From: Desulfobacterales bacterium | GTDB taxonomy: Bacteria; Desulfobacterota; Desulfobacteria; Desulfobacterales; UBA5616 | Reading direction: 5' to 3' | DNA: 64,000 nucleotides | Assembly: GCA_046483495.1 (NCBI GenBank) | Contig: JAWODC010000018.1 | Coordinates: 35,846 to 99,845, forward strand | Shown here: one piece after another, positions 19,168 to 28,901 of the stretch | Position numbering within the stretch: position 1 is the stretch's first letter | Layout of the letters: each line of letters opens with the position of its first letter | Program-made: the position numbers and the translations under genes | Notes under the pieces: model-generated | The model's database searches: none | What the model was told of the DNA's origin: nothing | What the model saw: the letters and a program-made list of their open reading frames with translations, nothing else

Positions 19168-20691
19168 ATGATGAAACACCACACCATTTACGCAAAAACC
19201 AAACCGGAGGCGCCGGCTGTCATCATGGCCGAAAATGAAGAAATCGTTTCGTGGAAAGAATTCGACCGGCGGATAAACCGGCTGGCCCGTTATTTCAGGG
19301 ATATCGGCCTCAAAGAAAAAGACCGCATGGCGGTTCTTATGGAAAATAATGCCCGCTATCTTGAAATCATTACCGCCGCCTTGGATGCCGGATTGATCTT
19401 TACGCCGATCAGTACCCATTTGAAGCAAAGTGAAACAGAATACATCATCAACAATTCCGGTGCAAAACTGTTGATCACCTCCCAGAGATATGCCGACCTT
19501 GCCGGCAGGATATCGGCCGGAACCCCGGATCTCACCCATCGTCTCATGCTGGGTAAGGCCATTCCCGGATACGATGACTATGAGGGTGTCGTTTCAAAGT
19601 ATGAGGACATTCCCATTGATTACGCCTTTGCCGGAATGCCCATGTTTTATTCATCCGGCACCACCGGGACGCCGAAAGGCGTTGTCTGGAATGTGGACGA
19701 TTTTCCAGTGGGTGATCTCGACCCTTCACTGGAGGGTGCATTTGCGTTTTTTGGTATCGATGAGAACGTCACTTATCTTTCCACCCAGCCGCTGTACCAC
19801 TCGGCACCCTGCGCATATGCCTCCAGCATCAGCCAGGTGGGCGGAACGATTATTTTAATGGAAAAATTCGAAGCCGAAAAAGCGTTGTCTTTAATCGACA
19901 CATTCCGGGTCACCCATTCCCAGTGGGTGCCTACCATGTTCATTCGGCTGCTGAAGCTGCCCGAAAACGTTCGAGACGTATACGACGTTTCAAGCCTTAA
20001 AATGGCAATCCATGCCGCTGCCCCCTGCCCGATTGAGGTCAAGGAAAAAATGATCGACTGGTGGGGACCCATTCTGCTGGAATACTGGGGTGGAACAGAA
20101 ACGTCGATGGTGACGATCATTACTTCCCAGGAATGGCTCGAGCATAAAGGATCCGTCGGCAAGGGGCTATTGGCGAAACTTCACATTTTAGACGACGAAG
20201 GAAAAGAACTCCCGCCCGGGAAGCCGGGGGTTATCTACATGGAGTCGGGAAGGCCTTTCTCCTATCACAAGGAGCCCGAAAAAACATCCTCCAGCAGGAA
20301 CGAGCAGGGGTGGACCAGCATCGGGGACATCGGGTACCTGGATGAAGAAGGATATCTGTATCTGACGGACCGAAAATCCTTCATGATCATATCCGGTGGT
20401 GTCAACATTTATCCCCAGGAAACAGAAGATGTCCTTATCATGCATGAAAAGGTGGCGGATGTCGCCGTCATCGGAATGCCCGATGAGGATTTCGGAGAGA
20501 CGGTAAAGGCGGTTGTCCAGCCGGTGAATGCATCGGATGCCGGACCTGAGCTTGAAAAAGAGCTTATCGAATTCTGCAGAAGCAGGATTTCGCATATCAA
20601 ATGCCCTAAAAGTGTCGACTTTATGGAAGACTTTCCAAGAACCCCTACGGGAAAGGTGTTGAAAAGGGTAATAAAGGAAAAGTATAAATAG
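19168..20691 (+). CDS. AMP-forming acyl-CoA synthetase (ANL superfamily)
   Basis: It has YSSGTTGTPKG, PLYH, EYWGGTE, GDIGYLD, IISGGVNIYPQE and PRTPTGKV. The start is placed after the sigma54 site. Confidence 0.93.
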   Translation: MMKHHTIYAKTKPEAPAVIMAENEEIVSWKEFDRRINRLARYFRDIGLKEKDRMAVLMENNARYLEIITAALDAGLIFTPISTHLKQSETEYIINNSGAKLLITSQRYADLAGRISAGTPDLTHRLMLGKAIPGYDDYEGVVSKYEDIPIDYAFAGMPMFYSSGTTGTPKGVVWNVDDFPVGDLDPSLEGAFAFFGIDENVTYLSTQPLYHSAPCAYASSISQVGGTIILMEKFEAEKALSLIDTFRVTHSQWVPTMFIRLLKLPENVRDVYDVSSLKMAIHAAAPCPIEVKEKMIDWWGPILLEYWGGTETSMVTIITSQEWLEHKGSVGKGLLAKLHILDDEGKELPPGKPGVIYMESGRPFSYHKEPEKTSSSRNEQGWTSIGDIGYLDEEGYLYLTDRKSFMIISGGVNIYPQETEDVLIMHEKVADVAVIGMPDEDFGETVKAVVQPVNASDAGPELEKELIEFCRSRISHIKCPKSVDFMEDFPRTPTGKVLKRVIKEKYK

Positions 20692-21347
20692 TGTCATACA
20701 CGTGCGAGAATATGTCATAATATTTTCGCCTTCCGGTTCTCATCGGCAGCATCTTCCTACATGATAACACGGTGAAAATAAAATCCGGGCTCCTTTGACT
20801 CAGTCCATGTGCTCCGCTGTTTTCGCAGTCGGTTTTTCCCAGCAGCACCATAGCAAAGCGTTCATATGTTTTATGCGTCGTTGCATCGACACAATGCCAA
20901 CGGGCCAAAAATTCGCGTTTCCGCAGCCGGGTTTTTCGAAAAGAAGCCGGATCTTCGAACAGCAAGACCGCATCGGCATTCCGATCATGATCGTCGGTTA
21001 TAAAATGGACGCGGTATGCTTTGATGGTTGTGCGCCGGATCCAATTGCAACATCTTATAATCGACTTTGCTTTTCAAGTGGAATATGGGACTATCATCAT
21101 TTTTCCGGCAAGGCGGAATCGAAATGCGTCTTTGCCCGTTTTGCCTGCGACCGAGGGTTCAATCGCAGGTATATGTTGACAAACAGGCATTTGCCATGCA
21201 AATAGTATATTTTGCTTAATCGGAAAAAAAGCATTTAGTCGGTATATTTTAACGAAAATTGAATAAGAAATTCGATTTATGCATAATATATAAACAACCT
21301 ATCCATACATGTATCATTTTTCTAAACAAGACCGGAAATTGCCGCAC

Positions 21348-23861
21348 ATGTCCCAAATACACCACCAAGGAACGACATACGTAGAGAACACCGAACTGAA
21401 ACTGGCCATGGATTTTGCCGAGCAGACCGGCAATCACATTTTTCTTACGGGAAAAGCCGGCACGGGAAAAACCACATTTTTGTCCGAACTTAAAAAAAGA
21501 TCGGCAAAAAGAATGGTCATTACCGCCCCGACCGGGGTTGCAGCGATTACCGCAGGGGGAGTTACCCTTCATTCCTTTTTTCAACTTCCGTTCGGCCCGT
21601 TTATTCCGGGTTCCGAAGCCAAAAAGCAAAACAAACAGCAGGGGTTTCGATTCAGCAAGGCGAAAAAGCGCCTCATACGAAATCTCGACCTGCTCGTGAT
21701 CGATGAGATCTCCATGGTGCGGGCGGACCTTCTCGATGCCGTGGATGCCGTTTTGCGACGGCACCGTCGAATCGACCGGCCTTTCGGCGGCGTGCAGCTT
21801 CTGTTGATCGGGGACTTGCATCAGCTGTCACCCGTGGCCAAACCGGAGGAGTGGCGGCTTTTGCAGCCGCTTTACGACTCACCCTATTTTTTCTGCAGCC
21901 GGGCGATCAACCGGACGGAATTGACGGTAATTGAATTGAAGCACATCTTCCGCCAGTCCGATGCCGAATTTATTTCCCTTTTGAACCGCGTCAGGGACAA
22001 CCGGTTGGATGCAGCCGCCGTGGCGCAACTCAACAGCCTGTATGTCAAAAATGATCATTGTGATCCCAACCCGGGCACCATCACTTTGACCACCCACAAT
22101 CGTAAGGCGGACATTATCAACACCACCCGGTTGAGGGCGTTGCCGGAAAAAGAATTTCGGTTTAAGGCCGAGGTAACCGGTGATTTTCCCGAAAGTGCAT
22201 TTCCGGTTCCGGCAACCCTTACCCTTAAAAAAGGCGCCCAGGTGATGTTTATGCGCAACGATCCCTCGGCTGAAAAGCGATATTTCAACGGCAAGATCGG
22301 AGAGATCACGTCGATATCCCATGAACGGATTTCCGTTGCCTGCCCCGGAGAAGACGAAATCAACATCGAGCCTTTGGAATGGGAAAATATCACGTATGCG
22401 GTTACAGAAGACGGCAAGGGCATCCGGGAGGAAATCATCGGGAAGCTGAAGCAATTCCCTTTGAAGCCGGCTTGGGCGATTACCATACACAAAAGCCAGG
22501 GGCTGACGTTCGACAATGTCGTGATCGACGCACAGGCGGCTTTTGCGCACGGCCAGTTCTATGTGGCTTTGAGCCGATGCAGAACCCTTGACGGATTGAA
22601 GCTCAGCTCCCCCATCCCATCCCGAAGCATCGGGGCGGACGATGCCGTCAACAGCTTTATTCGGGCGGCCGGACAAAACGCCCCCTCGGAAAAGCTTCTG
22701 ATGGATGCAAAAGTACGATATCAGCAGCGCCTGCTCCTGGATTGCTTCGATCTTGATTTTCTGCAAAACCGATTCAATGCATTTTGCCGGCTGTTGTCCC
22801 AGCATGCCGATTTCATCCAGGTTTCGGGAGTACCCGATATCCGGCAATTGAGAAAAACGGCTGCTGAAAATATATTCACCGTGAGCGTGAAATTCAAACA
22901 GCAGTTGACATCGCTTTTTTCCGAAAACTCCCTGCCGGAAACCGATTCGTACCTCCAGGAACGCATTCGAAAAGCATCCGGCTGGTTTCAGGAGAAATTC
23001 GCCGAGGCGTTTGACCCGATTCTAAAAAACTTCCAGGCTGAATCCGACAACAAAGAAATCGCCAAAAGAATCGATAAGGCACATGCCGATCTGAAGCGGG
23101 AAGTCGCCAAAAAAATGGGGGGAATACAATCCTGTGAAGACCGGTTTTCGCCCCCCACCTATTTGCGGGCTGCCGCTGATTCCGATCATGATTTCGCTTC
23201 ACGAAAACAAAAACAGCGAACTCCGGACTACACGGAATCGGATATTACTCACCCCGAATTATTTCAGCAGTTGAAGGCATGGCGTTCTGAAAAAGCCGAA
23301 GAATTAAATGTAGCCCGTTTCCTGATTCTTCACCAGCGGGTGCTGGTTCAAATCGCTGTCTGGCTGCCCGACAATGTGACGGATTTAAAAAAAATCAACG
23401 GCGTGGGATCGAGAACGGTCCAGAAGTACGGGGATGAAATCACCGCCATGGTGGCTGAATACCGTAAGAAAGAAGGCATCGAAACCGTGTCGCTGCCAGA
23501 TGTCGATACGAGCAAAAATAAAGAGAAGCCGGCAAAAAAAACAAAGCCGAAAGGCAATACCCGCGAAATCAGTTTGGACATGTTCAAAAACGGACATCAG
23601 CCCGAACACATCGCCCGGGAAAGGGGGCTTGCCTTATCGACGATAGAGGGGCACCTTGCTTTTTTCGTTGAAAACGGCGAATTGGACGTCAGCATATTCG
23701 TCAATCCCGAGAAACAGGCCGTTATTGACGCCGTCCTCGAGAAAAACCCGAATTCCGCTTTTAAACCGATAAAGGAGAAGCTGGGAGAGGGGTTTTCCTA
23801 TGGCGAAATCAGGATGATGGCGGCGCATCGCAGGTACCTGGCATCGAAAACCGGCAACTAA
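21348..23861 (+). CDS. Pif1-like SF1B helicase with HRDC and C-terminal helix-turn-helix domains
   Basis: It has TGKAGTGKT, APTGVAA, TLHSFF, IDEISM, GDLHQL, WAITIHKSQG and YVALSR. The HRDC segment is LKAWRSEKAEE...INGVGSRTVQKYG and the HTH is IARERGLALSTIEGHL. The start could be 21309. Confidence 0.9.
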   Translation: MSQIHHQGTTYVENTELKLAMDFAEQTGNHIFLTGKAGTGKTTFLSELKKRSAKRMVITAPTGVAAITAGGVTLHSFFQLPFGPFIPGSEAKKQNKQQGFRFSKAKKRLIRNLDLLVIDEISMVRADLLDAVDAVLRRHRRIDRPFGGVQLLLIGDLHQLSPVAKPEEWRLLQPLYDSPYFFCSRAINRTELTVIELKHIFRQSDAEFISLLNRVRDNRLDAAAVAQLNSLYVKNDHCDPNPGTITLTTHNRKADIINTTRLRALPEKEFRFKAEVTGDFPESAFPVPATLTLKKGAQVMFMRNDPSAEKRYFNGKIGEITSISHERISVACPGEDEINIEPLEWENITYAVTEDGKGIREEIIGKLKQFPLKPAWAITIHKSQGLTFDNVVIDAQAAFAHGQFYVALSRCRTLDGLKLSSPIPSRSIGADDAVNSFIRAAGQNAPSEKLLMDAKVRYQQRLLLDCFDLDFLQNRFNAFCRLLSQHADFIQVSGVPDIRQLRKTAAENIFTVSVKFKQQLTSLFSENSLPETDSYLQERIRKASGWFQEKFAEAFDPILKNFQAESDNKEIAKRIDKAHADLKREVAKKMGGIQSCEDRFSPPTYLRAAADSDHDFASRKQKQRTPDYTESDITHPELFQQLKAWRSEKAEELNVARFLILHQRVLVQIAVWLPDNVTDLKKINGVGSRTVQKYGDEITAMVAEYRKKEGIETVSLPDVDTSKNKEKPAKKTKPKGNTREISLDMFKNGHQPEHIARERGLALSTIEGHLAFFVENGELDVSIFVNPEKQAVIDAVLEKNPNSAFKPIKEKLGEGFSYGEIRMMAAHRRYLASKTGN

Positions 23862-23880
23862 GAGTCTGGATGGACACCGT

Positions 23881-24840
23881 TTAATGTGCGTTCGTGTAGT
23901 GTTTTTTCAGCATGTCCCCACCCCAGTCGTTTTTGAAATCCCGCCAGACGCTGTGGATATGGTTGGCATTATTCTGGGTGTTGTCGTACTCCATCAAAAA
24001 TCCCGGGCCATGAACCCTGTAATAATGAGGTCTATTCCGTTCTGTTGACCCGGCCCATGCAAAATGTATATGCGCCCGTCCTTCCTTTTCGATTTGGTTC
24101 AAATAAGCATCTTCCACATCCCTGGGCATCCGGCCTGTATACGTGGCGATCAGGTCCATTAAATGAATTTCCTGATCGTCCGCCATTTCCGATACGGCTA
24201 AGCCGACAGGTTCGTCAATTTTCACGCGTTTTTCTGTTTGCGTTACGATATCTGCCGGGGCTTGGGACGCGATCACCGCCCGCTGCTGCTGGGTTTCGCT
24301 AAGCGAAGCAAGCAGTCGGCGGGCTTTGTCTTCCTCGTCGGCAAGCACACGCAGGCCGGAAAGGGGGCCCTGAATAACGGTGGCGGGATTGGCGCCGAAA
24401 AAGTTCGGAGTGGCTGCAATTCCCTGCGCTTTGGATATCACTAAATTCAAAGACAAGTGGTGGCCTTCCACCCGAAGCGCCCAAGGCAGTTCACCGGAAG
24501 GTTCTCCGAACAAGCAGATGTAATATTCAAGCGGATCGCGAACATGTGGAACGTTTTTACCCTCTGACTCTGCCAATGTCTTTTCCAAACTCATAATGGC
24601 CAGAGCCTTGATGTTGCCGATAAGGCTCAGTCCACTTGCAATCAAGGCGTATGCGAACTGCTGTTGGGCGCCGTCCATGTCCTTCAGCGCAAGCCCTGCT
24701 CGATTTCGCGGCCTGTAATCCCAGTCGAAGCGCTCTTTACTGTCGAAGGAAAAAGAAAGCGTTTTCCGCTGTTCAGGCGTGAATGACGACAGAAATCGGC
24801 CGGCTGCATCGGTTATGTCGTTTTCCGGTTTGATATTCAT
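23881..24840 (-). CDS. DUF3500-like protein
   Basis: It has FGEP...WALRVEGHHLSLN, TPNFFGANP and FAWAG...HYYRVHGP...EYDNTQNNANHIHSVWRD..NDWG. Confidence 0.8.
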   Translation of the reverse strand: MNIKPENDITDAAGRFLSSFTPEQRKTLSFSFDSKERFDWDYRPRNRAGLALKDMDGAQQQFAYALIASGLSLIGNIKALAIMSLEKTLAESEGKNVPHVRDPLEYYICLFGEPSGELPWALRVEGHHLSLNLVISKAQGIAATPNFFGANPATVIQGPLSGLRVLADEEDKARRLLASLSETQQQRAVIASQAPADIVTQTEKRVKIDEPVGLAVSEMADDQEIHLMDLIATYTGRMPRDVEDAYLNQIEKEGRAHIHFAWAGSTERNRPHYYRVHGPGFLMEYDNTQNNANHIHSVWRDFKNDWGGDMLKKHYTNAH

Positions 24841-25102
24841 GGCCTCGTCCCTCCAATCATAGTGATTCATTTTCAGTGTTATGATATCATTTTCGATGAA
24901 GCACCTGTCGGCTATGGGGTCAATCCTTTATTCTTTCAGCGGCCAACCGGTGGTTTTCGGCTTTTACTCGGTTGCGGGTTCATTTGTTTGAATGCGATCA
25001 AGTTTCTTGATTATTATACCCTGTTTAGGATAAATTTGAATTTGGTAAATCCGGTCGACGCCTTTCAACGTATAAACCATTTTTCCGTGATGGAGGTGAT
25101 GT

Positions 25103-25996
25103 ATGCCCAGCAAAGCGTTGGAGCAGGTAATCGAATTGTTACGGTCCATTCCGCCAAGAGAAGAAATGGATATCGTACAGATGCGGACCGATATGGAAAA
25201 CGCGGCGCTCTTACAGACGATACCCGAAGGTATCGTTTTTTCGCCCGTCGATGCAGCTGATGTACCCGCCGAATGGATTATACCCGAAGACGCTCTCTCG
25301 GATCCGGTGATTTTGTACCTTCACGGCGGCGGTTATGTCATGGGCTCTATCAACACGCACAGGGCCATGGTTGCCCGCATTGCTGCAGCATCGAAATGCC
25401 GCGCCCTGCTGATCGATTACAGGCTGGCGCCGGAAAATCCCTTTCCGGCGGCTGTGGAGGATGCGACAAGCGCCTACAGGTGGCTTGTCAACGATCTTAC
25501 CATCTCGCCCGAAAGCATTGCCTTTGCCGGAGATTCCGCCGGCGGCGGCCTTGCCCTGAGCACGGTGATGAACTTAAAGGAGAGCAGCATTGCTTTGCCG
25601 GCGGCCATCGTATGCATCTCCGCCTGGGCGGACCTTGCAATGACCGGCGAATCCTTGGATTCAAAGGCCGAGATCGATCCAATGGTTAAACGTGAAGGGG
25701 CGGCGGAAATGGCAAAGGTGTATTTGGCGGGTGCAGATCCCCGAACCCCGCTGGCGTCCCCACTGTATGGAGACTTTTCAGGTTTTCCTCCCATGCTCAT
25801 CCAGGTCGGTACGGCGGAAGTGTTGTTGGATGACAGCGTTCGCCTTGCCGATAAAGCGAAAAAAGCCGGCGTAGACGTGGCATTCAATCCCTGGCCGGAC
25901 ATGATCCACGTCTGGCATGCGTTTGCCGATATTTTACCGGAGGCAAAAGAGGCGATCAAGGCCATAGGCGACTATATTTCCAACCGTCTAAAATGA
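25103..25996 (+). CDS. Alpha/beta hydrolase, HSL-family esterase
   Basis: It has [27 protein letters not shown] and MIHVW. Confidence 0.95.
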   Translation: MPSKALEQVIELLRSIPPREEMDIVQMRTDMENAALLQTIPEGIVFSPVDAADVPAEWIIPEDALSDPVILYLHGGGYVMGSINTHRAMVARIAAASKCRALLIDYRLAPENPFPAAVEDATSAYRWLVNDLTISPESIAFAGDSAGGGLALSTVMNLKESSIALPAAIVCISAWADLAMTGESLDSKAEIDPMVKREGAAEMAKVYLAGADPRTPLASPLYGDFSGFPPMLIQVGTAEVLLDDSVRLADKAKKAGVDVAFNPWPDMIHVWHAFADILPEAKEAIKAIGDYISNRLK

Positions 25997-26025
25997 TGCA
26001 CTACAACCAAACAGGAGGAACAGGT

Positions 26026-26400
26026 ATGGCGGAGAAGCGCGAAGTGTACAAATGCGAAGTGTGCGGCAATATCGTCGAGGTGCTGCATGGTGGAAAAGGT
26101 GAGCTGGTTTGTTGCGGTCAGCCCATGAAGCTGATGGTTGAGAACACCGTGGATGCAGCCAGGGAAAAGCATGTCCCTGTCGTGGAAAAAACCACGGACG
26201 GTTTCAAGGTCAAAGTGGGAAGCGTGCCCCATCCAATGGAGGAGAAGCATTTTATCGAATGGGTGGAAATCATGGCGGATGGCGCCGCTTACCGGTATTT
26301 TTTAAAACCCGGCGATGACCCGGAAGTAGCTTTCAAGATTTCAGCTGACCGGGTAACGGCTCGGGAATACTGCAATGTTCATGGGCTATGGAAGGCCTGA
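26026..26400 (+). CDS. dfx: Desulfoferrodoxin (2Fe superoxide reductase)
   Basis: It has YKCEVCGN...[22 protein letters not shown] and [18 protein letters not shown] is present. Confidence 0.97.
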   Translation: MAEKREVYKCEVCGNIVEVLHGGKGELVCCGQPMKLMVENTVDAAREKHVPVVEKTTDGFKVKVGSVPHPMEEKHFIEWVEIMADGAAYRYFLKPGDDPEVAFKISADRVTAREYCNVHGLWKA

Positions 26401-26409
26401 AAAACCTCA

Positions 26410-26436
26410 ACCCCCGGCTGACCCAATGCCGGGGGT
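26410..26436. terminator. GC-rich hairpin between convergent genes, possible terminator
   Basis: ACCCCCGGC-N9-GCCGGGGGT; the U-tract is weak. Confidence 0.5.
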
Positions 26437-26480
26437 CCCTCCATTTACGATATTCCGCATCCATTTCGTTTCCTTCGGGC

Positions 26481-28247
26481 TTACTCCTTGTATTTGAAAT
26501 CATCCGAAGCGTATACGACCTCGTCATTGATGATGGTGGCCATTATATTTATGTCTTTGATTGCTTTAGGATCTACAGTAAGTGGATTCTTGTCGAGAAT
26601 GACGAAATCGGCCAGCTTTTTTTCCGTTATCGTGCCCTTGAAATCCTCTTCATACCCCTGGTAAGCCGCGTCAATGGTAACCCCTTTAAGGGCATTGTAA
26701 ACATCGATGCGTTGATCGGCTTTCGGATCTTTGCTGCTGATCAGGTTCCCGCCGGACGAAATCCGGTTTACAGCGGACCAGACCGAAAGCAGCGGCGATA
26801 TGGGAGTTACCGGTGTGTCGTTGTGATGGGTGAAGCGGATGCCTCGGTCAAGCGCCGATCGGCAGGGGTTCATCCTCAGGGCCCGTTCGGGCCCCAGAAA
26901 GATATCCCGGTGACGGTCTCCCCAATAATAGGCATGGGAGACAAAGAAAGAGGGAATGATCCCCAGTGCGGCCACTCTGTCCAGTTGATCTTCCCGTACC
27001 GTCTGGCAGTGAATGATGATGGGACGAACGTCTTTCCTGCCTGTGTCTTTTTGGGCCGATTCAATTGCATCGATGATATCCTCTATCGCCTGATCCCCGT
27101 TCCCGTGAACGGCGACCTGCCATCCGGCGCGGTAGAGATCGATTACCCGCTCGGCCAGATCTTCTTTTGTATACCATGGATAGGCCACCCAATCTTTCTT
27201 GCCTTCCGGCTGAATAAAATAGGGTTTGCTGAGGTAGCCGGTGTATCCCTGGATCGACCCGTCTCCGATCAGCTTCCCGGCACCCATTGTTATCATCCTT
27301 GCCCCGCCGGTCAGATCCGATCCGGAGGTGTGATCTTCTTTCCACAAAGGCGCAAATTCTATACCGCTGTAAACGCCGACATATGGCAGAACGACTACGC
27401 GATTCTTCAATACACCCTGATCGACGGCTTTTTGAAATAAGGGGATGTCTCCGGGTTGCCCGGGGCCGAGCGTTGGGATGGCGGCACCGTCCTGGGCCGT
27501 GGTGACCCCGGCTTTTACGTAAATTTCCGATGCTCTGCCGATGCCGTCAATTTTCTGGGATTCTGAAAGCGGTGGGATTCGCCCCGAGATCAGTCCCATT
27601 GCGGATTCTTTTAAAAGGCCCGTAGGTTGACCGTCGGCCGCCAAAATAATTTCTCCGCCGGGCGGGGGCGTGGTGGTGCCGGTGATGCCGGCGATTGCGA
27701 GTGCCTTGGAATTTGCGACAGCCATGTGTCCGGATATATGTTCGATGTAGACGGGATGATTCCCGATCACCCTGTCTAAGTCCGCCTTCCCGGGGTGCCG
27801 TTTTTCCGCCAGCAGCGTATCGTCATAGCCGAATCCTTTTATCCAGGCCTCCTCTTCCATGGATTTCGCTTTGCGATTCAGTGCGGCGATCAATGCCTCC
27901 ATGGTGTGGATTCGACCGATGGGTGGGCTGTTCAGGTCGACATAAAACAGGTCATTGTAACCGGCATTGGGGAAATGGCCGTGTGGATCTATAAATCCGG
28001 GCAGCATGGTCATGCCGCCCAGATCGATTCTTCGGGTTCGAGAATCCGCCCGGGAGCTCACTTCGGATGTTTTCCCAACCGATATAATCCTGCCGTCTTT
28101 GGTGAGGACCGCCTCTACCATTTGGTCCTCATCGTCCATCGTGATGATCGTACCCCCAAAATACAGTGCACCGGCTGATGATATAGAATTGAAAAATATA
28201 AAGCACATCAAACACACACATAGGATCATCATGTCTTTTTTTCCCAT
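26481..28247 (-). CDS. Exported amidohydrolase (amidohydrolase_3/YtcJ-like)
   Basis: It has a signal peptide, MLPGFIDPHGH, GHMAVANS, KLIGDGSIQG, VHGNGD, IIHCQ, HNDTP and KLADFVIL. Confidence 0.92.
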   Translation of the reverse strand: MGKKDMMILCVCLMCFIFFNSISSAGALYFGGTIITMDDEDQMVEAVLTKDGRIISVGKTSEVSSRADSRTRRIDLGGMTMLPGFIDPHGHFPNAGYNDLFYVDLNSPPIGRIHTMEALIAALNRKAKSMEEEAWIKGFGYDDTLLAEKRHPGKADLDRVIGNHPVYIEHISGHMAVANSKALAIAGITGTTTPPPGGEIILAADGQPTGLLKESAMGLISGRIPPLSESQKIDGIGRASEIYVKAGVTTAQDGAAIPTLGPGQPGDIPLFQKAVDQGVLKNRVVVLPYVGVYSGIEFAPLWKEDHTSGSDLTGGARMITMGAGKLIGDGSIQGYTGYLSKPYFIQPEGKKDWVAYPWYTKEDLAERVIDLYRAGWQVAVHGNGDQAIEDIIDAIESAQKDTGRKDVRPIIIHCQTVREDQLDRVAALGIIPSFFVSHAYYWGDRHRDIFLGPERALRMNPCRSALDRGIRFTHHNDTPVTPISPLLSVWSAVNRISSGGNLISSKDPKADQRIDVYNALKGVTIDAAYQGYEEDFKGTITEKKLADFVILDKNPLTVDPKAIKDINIMATIINDEVVYASDDFKYKE

Positions 28248-28468
28248 TTTTCACCATTGAATGAAAGGTTTAAAGAGCAGAATCGAACATGGAAGGCAGT
28301 CGGAGTGCTGTGTCTCGAAAACCGAATACCACAAATTCCCTGTAAATTTCAATGTCGATTACGATAATATATCTTGCTTCTGTGGAAAAGTGGCGTGCCT
28401 CAACGCAAAGATGTCATGGAAAGCCTATGGTTCTAAACATCGCTGACCATGAAAATTACATGATCATC

Positions 28469-28497
28469 TTGACAAAAGCCTTACCGGGATTTATACA
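28469..28497 (+). promoter_or_regulatory. Putative sigma70 promoter upstream of the attenuator
   Basis: TTGACA (28469-28474) is 17 nt from TATACA (28492-28497). Confidence 0.6.
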
Positions 28498-28523
28498 GGG
28501 CTGAAAGCTTAAAAAAAGGGCGG

Positions 28524-28568
28524 TGCACAAAGGCGTGCAGCGCTTCTTTTCCAAAAACAATGACGTTT
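28524..28568 (+). promoter_or_regulatory. ANTAR-type dual-hairpin RNA motif
   Basis: P1 is TGCAC-AAAGGC-GTGCA (28524-28539) and P2 is AAAC-AATGAC-GTTT (28555-28568). Both hexaloops have A at position 1 and G at position 4. P2 overlaps the 5' arm of a terminator. Confidence 0.75.
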
Positions 28569-28602
28569 GAACCTGAAGTCAGGGTTCGGCGTCTTTTTTT
28601 TT
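28562..28602 (+). terminator. Intrinsic terminator (attenuator) in the glutamate synthase operon leader
   Basis: The stem GACGTTTGAACCTGA..TCAGGGTTCGGCGTC is followed by nine Ts. Confidence 0.8.
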
Positions 28603-28804
28603 GGGGCTGAAAAAGAATGGATGAAAAACGCCATTTTTGTATCGTTTTGAATTTTATTATTACAAAAATGTAATCAGTTCCCAAAAACGGCGACTTTCTG
28701 TCAGGAGGCTGATGTTTCGGCAAAGGCCGTTATTTTCGGATGGAAACGGATAAACAAAGGATAGGATCACACCGGCTGCACAAATGAATCGGTGTATTTG
28801 CTTT

Positions 28805-28820
28805 TGGCACGAAGATTGCT
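28805..28820 (+). promoter_or_regulatory. Putative sigma54 (-24/-12) promoter
   Basis: TGGCACGAAGATTGCT is a consensus match, about 80 nt upstream of ATG 28902. Confidence 0.8.
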
Positions 28821-28901
28821 TTTTTGTTAGGAAGCCGGTGAATTCGATTCCACCGGCGGCGGAATGAATATCGGCCCCAATTGTATATTTAGGAGGAAAA
28901 C

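Noticed and set aside
21185..21200. Possible sigma54 site AGGCATTTGCCATGCA upstream of the helicase
   Set aside because: The GG-N10-GC spacing fits, but both flanks deviate from TGGCAC/TTGC, so the match is too weak.
20645..21205. Short ORFs on both strands in the gap between the acyl-CoA synthetase and the helicase
   Set aside because: They have no recognisable motif or convincing RBS and start, and they overlap each other. A small gene or remnant cannot be excluded.
26388..27440. Long antisense ORFs (this one, and e.g. 21879-22847, 30200-31168, 35028-35918, 52959-54065)
   Set aside because: They are shadow frames opposite well-supported genes in GC-rich coding sequence and carry no motifs.
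28524..28539. NtrC-type binding site TGCAC-N-GTGCA
   Set aside because: The spacer is 6 nt rather than 7. The paired second hairpin and overlapping terminator fit an ANTAR RNA motif better.
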